From a virus, in IMG/VR virus record IMGVR_UViG_3300045988_147330, positions 32,001 through 96,000 of that record: 64,000 bases of DNA. One strand, written 5' to 3'. Below are positions 8,814-16,069 of this stretch, piece by piece. Within the stretch, counting starts at the first letter, position 1; every line of letters starts with the position of its first letter. The notes beneath the pieces were generated by a model, which saw nothing but the letters and a program-made list of their open reading frames with translations, did not search any database and was not told the DNA's origin. Position numbers and translations under genes: made by a program.

Positions 8814-9052
8814 AAACAATTTTATTTATATCTATATGTATTATCGCCCTATTATGGGTTGGAGATCTAACAATTACATTTAAGCCGTTTTCCATATCGT
8901 TGCCCGGTTGGCATAAGGCTTTAGGTATTATTCTGTTTGTATTTGCAATGGCGGTGTATAACATTGGAGAATACGCTAAGGGGTACAAGCATGGTTTTGA
9001 TGATGGGGCAAAGGAATGTATTGAAGCGATTAAGGGAAATGGAAAGAAATGA
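8810..9052 (+). CDS. small membrane protein (two predicted TM segments)
   Basis: Hydrophobic stretches ILFISICIIALLWVG and LGIILFVFAMAVY. Confidence 0.5.
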   Translation: MKTILFISICIIALLWVGDLTITFKPFSISLPGWHKALGIILFVFAMAVYNIGEYAKGYKHGFDDGAKECIEAIKGNGKK

Positions 9053-9488
9053 CATTGATTTCCCGTTACTCCGTATATTTAATGGAGTAACGGGGCGATA
9101 TGAACTTCTTATTGACGATGTATCCATAGATGCTTATGGACGTGTAAGAGATAGTAGTGGTTGTGTTGTAGAATGGTTTACAGGCGTGTTTGACATGAAC
9201 GGAATACCCTTGTTTGAAAACGACATAATCATGCCTGTAAAGGACGGAATAAGCCAATATAGACGTATCTGGAGAACGGTAGGTGGATTTATACTAAGCA
9301 GGAGCAATGATGTAAAAGGACTGTCCAAATTGGATATGCTTGGTGTAGACTATTTAGTGAACGAACGTGTTCAGCAATACATATCTGATGGTTGCATAAA
9401 GGTGGGTTCTGCAACAATTGATCTTAACTTATTGAAAGGGAGAACGAAAGAAGAAATTATTAGAAACTTATCAAGGAGAGTAAGATGA
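9039..9488 (+). CDS. YopX-like protein (diverged)
   Basis: FTGVFDMNGIPLFENDII core; ATG at 9039 chosen so that overlap with the upstream gene is minimal. Confidence 0.5.
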   Translation: MERNDIDFPLLRIFNGVTGRYELLIDDVSIDAYGRVRDSSGCVVEWFTGVFDMNGIPLFENDIIMPVKDGISQYRRIWRTVGGFILSRSNDVKGLSKLDMLGVDYLVNERVQQYISDGCIKVGSATIDLNLLKGRTKEEIIRNLSRRVR

Positions 9489-10006
9489 AAGACAAAATAC
9501 TAGAGGAAAGCTTGAACAATTTCTACAGGACGTTTCTTATTTGGGTGATAAGATGTTATCCTATATTGTTCTGTCTTGCAATACTTGTCCATCAGTGTGA
9601 GGTTATACACTCTGTTGGAACAGGGGATATTATTGAGTATTATGATGGTGACACATTGGAGTATATTCAGTATGCCACTCCATTTTCGGACAAGTACCTT
9701 ACCATATTCTTTAACGCCAAACTGTTTAATGCAATATTGTTCTATGTGTTGTCAAAGGTATTTTTATTTTGTATATACCATAGAGTATTTGTCATTGAGA
9801 TGTTGATATACGCAATATTGGATATTGTATTTAATAATGTGGTGTTTGAGGATGTGAGATGCACTATGTTTTATTCGTATATATCAATAGGATTTGTAAC
9901 TGTATGTTTCTTTATTGCATTGTATCTACATCAACGATTCGGAGATAGGAATATAAATAATCATCAATCTATAACCGATGGTTTTAGAAACTGTTGTAGA
10001 TTATAA
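9485..10006 (+). CDS. multi-pass membrane protein
   Basis: Several long hydrophobic segments. Confidence 0.55.
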   Translation: MKDKILEESLNNFYRTFLIWVIRCYPILFCLAILVHQCEVIHSVGTGDIIEYYDGDTLEYIQYATPFSDKYLTIFFNAKLFNAILFYVLSKVFLFCIYHRVFVIEMLIYAILDIVFNNVVFEDVRCTMFYSYISIGFVTVCFFIALYLHQRFGDRNINNHQSITDGFRNCCRL

Positions 10007-10135
10007 TTTCTGTTTTCCTGTGGGCTGTAATCCTCCCGTATTCTTCATGTTTATCTTGACCTTTATGGGAGATGCCTTTTTATTTGATGTTACTTTAGGT
10101 GATTTAACATTCACCCTAATCACTTTCTTTACCAT
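10001..10135 (-). CDS. possible 44-aa Lys-rich basic peptide
   Basis: Own translation MVKKVIRVNVKSPKVTSNKKASPIKVKINMKNTGGLQPTGKQKL; preceded on the minus strand by a TATTTTTG box. Confidence 0.3.
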   Translation of the reverse strand: MVKKVIRVNVKSPKVTSNKKASPIKVKINMKNTGGLQPTGKQKL

Positions 10136-10159
10136 ATATTACTCATTTTAATTGTTTTG

Positions 10160-10167
10160 CAAAAATA
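10160..10167 (-). promoter_or_regulatory. Bacteroidota-type -7 box (TATTTTTG on minus strand)
   Basis: Exact TAnnTTTG match about 25 nt upstream of the minus-strand ATG at 10135. Confidence 0.45.
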
Positions 10168-10199
10168 ATGATTTTTTTTGGTATTATAAAAACTTTATG

Positions 10200-10207
10200 T
10201 ATCTTTG
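10200..10207 (+). promoter_or_regulatory. Bacteroidota-type -7 box (TATCTTTG)
   Basis: Exact TAnnTTTG; no ORF downstream for about 230 nt. Confidence 0.45.
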
Positions 10208-10213
10208 CGGTGC

Positions 10214-10347
10214 GATAGTTTTTGGACTTTTTTGTTTTATAATGATAGCTGCTACCTAAAATATAAGCAGAGGTTTCTTCATACATTTTTCATAAGTCTA
10301 ATGTATAACTGTCGCAAGTTGAAGAGATCTCTGCTTCTTTTTTTTTA
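10214..10347 (+). ncRNA. candidate small structured RNA ending in an intrinsic terminator
   Basis: Promoter box at 10200-10207. Extended hairpin: 10265-10272/10329-10336, then 10276-10281/10320-10325, then TACAT/ATGTA. Followed by a 9-T run at 10338-10346. No ORF. Confidence 0.35.
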
Positions 10348-10611
10348 TTTATGCGACAGTTTAATGAAGAAAACTTAAATGACACAGGTGTTGTTTTAAG
10401 TACGGCAAATCCCTCCGAAATGGGTAAGATGTTTTCTTATAATGGAAGGTATTAAGGAACAAATTGACACCATTACAAATCGTTATAACAAATGGTTATA
10501 CTTGTTCCATATTTCAAGTTGCTAAGATAGCTAGAAAAATCAAAATAACAAAAAGGTAACATATTTATAATATATTAACACGTGTTTTTTTCTATTGTAA
10601 TAACAATATAA

Positions 10612-10619
10612 TATATTTG
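10612..10619 (+). promoter_or_regulatory. Bacteroidota-type -7 box (TATATTTG) inside repeat copy A
   Basis: Exact TAnnTTTG 34 nt upstream of the remnant ORF. Confidence 0.5.
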
Positions 10620-10652
10620 CATTGTCAATAATAGGAGGATATTATAGCGAAT

Positions 10653-10835
10653 ATGCAATTAGTTTATAAATTTGACATCAATCATTCTGACAGGCTTTGC
10701 GCTATCTGCCGTGTCAATGCCGATGTCAACGGTGCGCTTAATATCGGTAGAAAAGTATTCGGTGATTCTTTTATGATAACTGATAGCGGGCGTTGGTATC
10801 GCCCCGAACGGATTAACGTTCTAAAATGTTTGTGA
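10653..10835 (+). pseudogene. TnpB C-terminal remnant (zinc-finger CxxC plus RuvC-III-like NADVNGALNI)
   Basis: DRLCAICRVNADVNGALNIGRK resembles the D.NAA.NI end of TnpB; only 60 aa remain. Confidence 0.55.
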
Positions 10836-10871
10836 ATACATGTACATTAATACCTTATAAATTCTAAGGAA

Positions 10872-11417
10872 ATGACTGATTATGTAAATCGTTTGAGCGA
10901 AATAAAAAATTTTATTTCGACTGATTTACTGCAAATTATAAAGGGAGGAAATGTATCACAGCAAGGAACATGGGCACATCAAAAAATAGCTCTTAGGGTT
11001 GCTCAAAAATTATCCACTGATTTTGCTATTTGGGTAGATGATAAGATCGAAGAGCTTCTTACCACGGGGAATACTTCTATATCATCAGAACTTCCAAACT
11101 TCAACAATCCTGCCGAAGCTGCTAGGGCTTGGGCTGATGAGTATGAAAGGAATCAAGCATTAATCTTGGAAAACAAGGAAGCAAAGCTACAACTAGAACT
11201 AAAGACGGAACAACTAGACGAATCTAAGGAATGGTATAGTATCAAAAGATGGTCAAAGGAAAACGGTGTCAATTGGAGAAATATTAGCTGGAGAAAGATG
11301 AAAGTAATATCTTACGAGCTAGGTTATGAAGTGAAAAAGATTTTTGATGCTAACTATGGACAGGTTAATATATACAATGTAAATGTATTTAAAGCATACT
11401 TTAACAAATGTGAATAA
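10872..11417 (+). CDS. KilA-N domain protein
   Basis: IKGGN..QQGTWAHQKIALRVAQKLSTDFAIWVDDKIEELL matches the recalled KilA-N core. Confidence 0.6.
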   Translation: MTDYVNRLSEIKNFISTDLLQIIKGGNVSQQGTWAHQKIALRVAQKLSTDFAIWVDDKIEELLTTGNTSISSELPNFNNPAEAARAWADEYERNQALILENKEAKLQLELKTEQLDESKEWYSIKRWSKENGVNWRNISWRKMKVISYELGYEVKKIFDANYGQVNIYNVNVFKAYFNKCE

Positions 11418-11462
11418 ATAGTATATATTTTAAAATATTTGATAGTATGTCATTTTATTAAT

Positions 11463-11470
11463 TATATTTG
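11463..11470 (+). promoter_or_regulatory. Bacteroidota-type -7 box (TATATTTG)
   Basis: Exact TAnnTTTG; shares tatatttgcattgt with the box in repeat copies A and D. Confidence 0.5.
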
Positions 11471-11516
11471 CATTGTGTTTAAGTGTAGAAGCTGACACAT
11501 CTATAACGAAAATTTA

Positions 11517-11540
11517 GGGGGAAGGCGTTCCCCCGATTTT
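11517..11540 (+). terminator. GC hairpin plus T tract in a 5' leader (GGGGGAA-ggcg-TTCCCCC-gatttt)
   Basis: 7-bp perfect stem about 45 nt downstream of the predicted TSS and 25 nt before the ATG at 11565. Confidence 0.45.
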
Positions 11541-11564
11541 AGTAACCGTAAAAGTGATAAAACA

Positions 11565-11768
11565 ATGATTCTACTAGAAATTTTTCAAAACTGCTTTATT
11601 GTAGGGTATGATGGAAAGAAAATACCCTTTGTAAAAGATAATTTCCTGTTTAGTGATACCGGGGAAAGATATATCTTGACCAACAAGGAAAACAGTGAAC
11701 AGGTTAGCCTACCGAAGCAATCGACAATAGTAATTAAACGTAATATTTTTCATGAAGGTATTGATTAG
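11565..11768 (+). CDS. hypothetical protein
   Basis: ORF in array. Confidence 0.45.
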   Translation: MILLEIFQNCFIVGYDGKKIPFVKDNFLFSDTGERYILTNKENSEQVSLPKQSTIVIKRNIFHEGID

Positions 11769-12243
11769 AAAGGATTCAAGCGACATAAGAAACAGACTTG
11801 AACGGTTAGAGTACACCGCTTCCGAAAAATCGTTGGATGGATTTGGTGATGGCATCTTTGTAGACAAGTCAGATAATACTTTTCACGTGAAATCAGAGTG
11901 GGAAGTTATCCGTATGTTTCTTGAAACAGTAGATTGCGGAGATGACGAGAATATGTTTTTTGATTTTGTAGAAAACGATATAACGTCAATAACGCCAACA
12001 ATGCTAGGTAAATATAAATCTTTAATAAAAGTTGATAACTTTCCCATCATTAATACATCTAGCATTCAAGATGTGTTATACCGTGAAGATAGAGAACATA
12101 ACATCATAGAAGTTATTGTTGTTTCAGTGTATGGGATAAAGTTGAAAAGCATAAAAGATGTGGACTTTTCAGATCCTAATGTGGATACAATAATAGAGTA
12201 TATGAAATCGTTGCATAAACAACTAAAAGAATATATCAAATGA
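11752..12243 (+). CDS. hypothetical protein
   Basis: ORF in array. Confidence 0.5.
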   Translation: MKVLIRKDSSDIRNRLERLEYTASEKSLDGFGDGIFVDKSDNTFHVKSEWEVIRMFLETVDCGDDENMFFDFVENDITSITPTMLGKYKSLIKVDNFPIINTSSIQDVLYREDREHNIIEVIVVSVYGIKLKSIKDVDFSDPNVDTIIEYMKSLHKQLKEYIK

Positions 12244-12521
12244 AGTGTAATTTTACGCCAATGGACAAATTTTATGAGATATTAGATTATTATGGTTTGT
12301 CCTACACAGAGTTAAAAAGTAATCATATTCGTGTATTTTACGGAAACAAGAAGCTGTTTGACTATTTTCCACTTCGCATGAAGTTATTTGATTACCATGA
12401 ATGGCATCAGCTTACTTATCCGTTCGTGAAGGGTAAGGCAGATGAATGGGAAATAGAACTTACCATGTTCATTAGCGGAGTATTGGGAGATGAGATGTTT
12501 GAAAAGTTTAAAATATATTAA
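12240..12521 (+). CDS. hypothetical protein
   Basis: ATGA coupling. Confidence 0.5.
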   Translation: MKCNFTPMDKFYEILDYYGLSYTELKSNHIRVFYGNKKLFDYFPLRMKLFDYHEWHQLTYPFVKGKADEWEIELTMFISGVLGDEMFEKFKIY

Positions 12522-12523
12522 TT

Positions 12524-12766
12524 ATGGATAGGAAAGAAAAAGATTTTGTTCCAAAAGCCATAAATTTGTGTGGCAAACGGAGGATGTTGTCTTCAATTAA
12601 AGGATGGGAGATTGTTAAATATAACAATTACTCTAACGGACATGCCAATCCACAAAGTGTCAAGAAGTTGAGAATAACACTTTCAGGACGTGAAGTAATT
12701 GAGTATGTTCTGAACGATGAAGATGATACTATTAAAAAACTTGATAATTATTTTGGTCTTCTATGA
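12524..12766 (+). CDS. hypothetical protein
   Basis: ORF in array. Confidence 0.5.
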   Translation: MDRKEKDFVPKAINLCGKRRMLSSIKGWEIVKYNNYSNGHANPQSVKKLRITLSGREVIEYVLNDEDDTIKKLDNYFGLL

Positions 12767-13008
12767 TGATAAAAGTGGATATACCAGAGCCGTTTATAGA
12801 CGGTGATAATACGATGGTTAACATTACATCTGATTCATTCTGCTATTCTAGCATTGACTCACGGTACGAAGGGTTTCAGAGTGCGTATAAGGATGGGAAT
12901 ATTAATCAGAAGATACAGGGTAAACTAGAGATTATTGCAGATCAATTCAAAGAACTAATAAAAATCATTGAGGATAATGGAAAGACATTTGTTAATACAG
13001 GAGTGTGA
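12763..13008 (+). CDS. hypothetical protein
   Basis: ATGA coupling. Confidence 0.5.
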   Translation: MMIKVDIPEPFIDGDNTMVNITSDSFCYSSIDSRYEGFQSAYKDGNINQKIQGKLEIIADQFKELIKIIEDNGKTFVNTGV

Positions 13009-13021
13009 GAGAGAAGAGGAA

Positions 13022-13486
13022 ATGAAGAAATTACGCAAGCAGCAGAACGATCTTATCAAGAAAGGTCGTATGGTTGAATGTTCTCGCGTAACAGCCAAGA
13101 TAAAGGAGTTCCAGGAAGCATATATAAAGGCTTATCCTGACGGTAAGTATGTAAGAGGTATGGAGATTATCAAAAAGATGTCAGATGATGAAAAAACTGA
13201 TTGGATGATGTATATTAATGCTATTGCTTTCTGTGCTGATATTATACATTCATCCTCTATTGAGCTTAATGAAATGCTAAAGAAGGTACTTCCAGGGTCT
13301 AGTCTTCAAATGTTTGAAACACTTGAAAAGGTAGGTACTATGGCAAAGAATCAAATTATGTGGATGGATAACAATGTGGATGAGGAATATCAGGACGATT
13401 TTGCCAAATATGCTGACGAGATAACCATTATGCTTTTATCATTTGTTAAAAATAAATTTTTGCCGCGAAAGTCAACTACTTACTAA
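13022..13486 (+). CDS. hypothetical protein
   Basis: ORF track 12968..13486 (TTG start); ATG at 13022 after gagaagagga avoids overlap. Confidence 0.5.
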   Translation: MKKLRKQQNDLIKKGRMVECSRVTAKIKEFQEAYIKAYPDGKYVRGMEIIKKMSDDEKTDWMMYINAIAFCADIIHSSSIELNEMLKKVLPGSSLQMFETLEKVGTMAKNQIMWMDNNVDEEYQDDFAKYADEITIMLLSFVKNKFLPRKSTTY

Positions 13487-13651
13487 GCTAAAGACTTGTA
13501 GATGTTGATTAGACTAAGCACTTTGGGTGCTACGTTAGGAGAGAATATATAGTTACCAAGGGGTGCTTGCTCAAGCCCCTTGCTCTAAGGTTAAAACCTC
13601 TCCATAACATTGTCGATGAGTATTTAACGGAGAAATCTGACTTATAGTAAA
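13487..13651 (+). ncRNA. candidate IscB omega-RNA scaffold (5' boundary uncertain, may extend upstream)
   Basis: 165-nt non-coding leader directly upstream of iscB. Nested helices read directly: AGCAC/GTGCT, GGAGAG/CTCTCC enclosing AAGGGG(t)GCTTG/CAAGCCCCTT, and TTACC/GGTTA. Confidence 0.5.
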
Positions 13652-14896
13652 ATGGTTTATATAATTAACAAACAAGGACAAGCACTTATGCCAACTGAAA
13701 GGTTTGGTAAAGTGAGAAGGCTATTAAAGAATGGTCTTTCCCACGTTGTGTGCCGTATCCCATTCACAATTCAATTAGATTATGACACAACAGATTATAC
13801 GCAGCCCATAAGTTTGGGTTTAGATGCTGGTAGCAAGCATATCGGCATATCAGCAACAACAAGTGAAAAGGAATTGTATGCAGCAGATGTGGAACTTAGA
13901 AATGACATTGTAGAGAAACTATCTACTCGTAGAGAACAAAGAAGAACTCGTAGGAGTAGGCTTCGTTATCGCAAGGCGCGTTTCAATAATAGGGTTTCAT
14001 CTAAACGCAAGGGTTGGCTAGCACCATCTATTGAAAACAAAATTCAAACTCATTTGACTGTTGTAGAAAAAATACATAAGTTCCTACCGATAACTAATAT
14101 CGTAGTTGAAACTGCTTCCTTTGATATACAGAAGATTAAGAATCCAAGTATATCTGGAAGTGAATACCAACAAGGAGAACAACTTGATTTCTTTAATGTG
14201 CGTGAGTATATTTTGTTTCGTGATGGTTATACTTGCCAACATTGTAAGGGTAAAAGTAAAGATAAGATCTTGAATGTGCATCACATTGAGAGTAGAAAGA
14301 CGGGAGGGGATAGCCCAAATAACTTGATTACTCTTTGCGAAACTTGCCACAAGGCATATCATAGAGGTGAGTTTGAGTTAAATGTAAAACGTGGAAAGTC
14401 CTTTAGAGATGCCGCCTTTATGGGAATTATGCGATGGAGTCTCTATGATAGACTAAAGAATATCTATCCTAATGTAAATATGACTTTTGGTTATATCACG
14501 AAAAATACCCGTATCACTAACAATCTTCCTAAAGATCATTATGTTGATGCAAGGTGTATAAGTGGTAATCCTGTGGCTAAACCTTTAGGTTATTATTTCT
14601 ATCAGAAGAAAGTAAGATGCCAAAATAGGCAGATACACAAGGCTAATTTCTTAAAGGGTGGCAGGAAGAAACTCAATCAAGCACCATTCTTAGTGAAAGG
14701 TTTTAGGTTGTTTGACCTGGTTGAATACCAAAAGGATTTGTATTACATATTTGGAAGAAGAAGTAGTGGTTCCTTTGATATTAGGAAACTTGATGGAACT
14801 AAAGTGAATAAAGGTTCTATCAATTGCAAGTATTTGCGATTGATAGACAAAAGAAAAAGTATATTAACTGAAAAGAGAATGCAAGTAAATTTATGA
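13652..14896 (+). CDS. iscB: IscB RNA-guided nuclease (PLMP, RuvC-I, Arg-rich bridge helix, RuvC-II, HNH, RuvC-III)
   Basis: QALMPTERFGKVRRLLKNG (PLMP); LGLDAGSKHIG; RREQRRTRRSRLRYRKARFNNR; VVETASFD; CQHCKG..LNVHHIESRKTGGDSPNNLITLCETCHKAYH; KDHYVDARC; 414 aa. Confidence 0.85.
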   Translation: MVYIINKQGQALMPTERFGKVRRLLKNGLSHVVCRIPFTIQLDYDTTDYTQPISLGLDAGSKHIGISATTSEKELYAADVELRNDIVEKLSTRREQRRTRRSRLRYRKARFNNRVSSKRKGWLAPSIENKIQTHLTVVEKIHKFLPITNIVVETASFDIQKIKNPSISGSEYQQGEQLDFFNVREYILFRDGYTCQHCKGKSKDKILNVHHIESRKTGGDSPNNLITLCETCHKAYHRGEFELNVKRGKSFRDAAFMGIMRWSLYDRLKNIYPNVNMTFGYITKNTRITNNLPKDHYVDARCISGNPVAKPLGYYFYQKKVRCQNRQIHKANFLKGGRKKLNQAPFLVKGFRLFDLVEYQKDLYYIFGRRSSGSFDIRKLDGTKVNKGSINCKYLRLIDKRKSILTEKRMQVNL

Positions 14897-15093
14897 CACG
14901 AGAGGAAATACATAAAAACGTTCTTACAATAAGAAATTATTATTTCAGTATTCAAAACAAGCTAGATAATGGGTATAAAATTTCCGATTTGGATATAGAT
15001 TCGGAAACGCACAACAAAATGATTGATGATACCATAAAATCAGCCATTGAAGATTATAAAATGATTCTTGTTTTGGAAAAATACAAATTATAA
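14893..15093 (+). CDS. hypothetical protein
   Basis: Start ATG overlaps the iscB stop (ATGA). Confidence 0.45.
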   Translation: MTREEIHKNVLTIRNYYFSIQNKLDNGYKISDLDIDSETHNKMIDDTIKSAIEDYKMILVLEKYKL

Positions 15094-15097
15094 AATC

Positions 15098-15550
15098 ATG
15101 AAAAAGAAAGAAATAGACGAAGGATATATTGTAGGTGACTTTTATATAGTTAAAAGCCCTATCAAAGATGGATGGCTTCACGTAGTGAATATAAAAACAT
15201 CTTGGCAGATAAAGGTGATGATGGGAGCGAACACGGCAAAGTTTCTAAGCCTTCCACAACAGGAGATATTTGACAGGATTAACGGAATATACATTCAATC
15301 CATGATGTCTTTATACGATTCAGATTATGCCTTGAAAATAGCTAAAGATGCTGTGTCTTATATGTCTGAAAAGGCAAAAAAGGTGGAGAAGGTGAAAAAG
15401 GTGGAGAAGAATGAAAATGAAGATATTGAAAAGGTGAAGAAAGATGAGTTTATGATGAAGATAGCCACATCTTCCGATGAAGAAATCATGGACATGATCA
15501 TAAATGGGGAAATAAAGTACGAATATTTCAAACAAGAACAGGAGGATTAA
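15098..15550 (+). CDS. hypothetical protein, paralog of 17070..17516
   Basis: MKKKEIDEGYIVGDFYI...QQEIFDRINGIYIQSMMSLYDS conserved between the two copies. Confidence 0.6.
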   Translation: MKKKEIDEGYIVGDFYIVKSPIKDGWLHVVNIKTSWQIKVMMGANTAKFLSLPQQEIFDRINGIYIQSMMSLYDSDYALKIAKDAVSYMSEKAKKVEKVKKVEKNENEDIEKVKKDEFMMKIATSSDEEIMDMIINGEIKYEYFKQEQED

Positions 15551-15967
15551 ATGAAAGCATTATTTAAAATGGACTTCGATTGCGGAAGAATGGGCAATCT
15601 TGAAGGAGTATTTATTGCAGACACAGAAGATGTCGAATACTTAGTGAATAACAAAATCAGTGTTTACTTCGGTGAAGTACTTGGCAAGCACTCTGAAATA
15701 TCCGGGTGTGTGGCTGAAAGTGAAATCAAACAAATAACCACTGATGAAAATGTAATCAAGATAGTTGAAGAATATGGGCTTAACAGTGGGTATAATCCAT
15801 TTGAATACACTCTTTGTACATCAGAAACGGAAGATATACCAGATAACGGAGTTGATTGGGATGATTGTACTGTACAAGAATACATAGACTTTATGAGGAA
15901 AGGTATAATACCCCAATATTACGAGAAAGATTATAAAGAATGGCTAAGTAGCCAAAAGGAGGATTAA
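15551..15967 (+). CDS. hypothetical protein
   Basis: ORF in array. Confidence 0.55.
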   Translation: MKALFKMDFDCGRMGNLEGVFIADTEDVEYLVNNKISVYFGEVLGKHSEISGCVAESEIKQITTDENVIKIVEEYGLNSGYNPFEYTLCTSETEDIPDNGVDWDDCTVQEYIDFMRKGIIPQYYEKDYKEWLSSQKED

Positions 15968-15970
15968 ATC

Positions 15971-16069
15971 ATGCAAGACTATATTTCAGATTGGTTCATT
16001 CCTATGGATTTCGGTAATGATATGCCGGACGAAGAACCTAACGGTGAGGATAATTTTAATTTTGAATGA
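15971..16069 (+). CDS. 32-aa acidic peptide MQDYISDWFIPMDFGND..., paralog of 17866..17958
   Basis: Own translation; the first 17 codons differ from the paralog only by 3 synonymous changes. Confidence 0.5.
   Translation: MQDYISDWFIPMDFGNDMPDEEPNGEDNFNFE

Larger units (their letters stand above)
10446..10856 (+). repeat. TnpB-3'-end-derived repeat, copy A (longest)
   Basis: 10446-10715 is identical to 57748-58017; the 3' core gttggtatcgccc.gaacggattaacgtt.taaaatgt...acattaatac is shared with copies at 16997, 30169 and 57748. Confidence 0.8.

Noticed and set aside
9576-9806. 76-aa alternate-frame ORF inside the membrane-protein gene, and similar nested ORFs (18808-18996, 24205-24390, 27286-27468, 31368-31556, 33913-34125)
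   Set aside because: They are nested in the same strand within longer, better-supported ORFs, with no independent signals.
15040-15097. Possible fifth, highly degenerate copy of the TnpB-derived repeat just upstream of 15098 (ttataaaatg...aaaaatacaaatta vs ttttaaaatg...aaaaattaacatta)
   Set aside because: The similarity is confined to AT-rich words inside a coding region (14893-15093) and cannot be distinguished from chance without alignment statistics.
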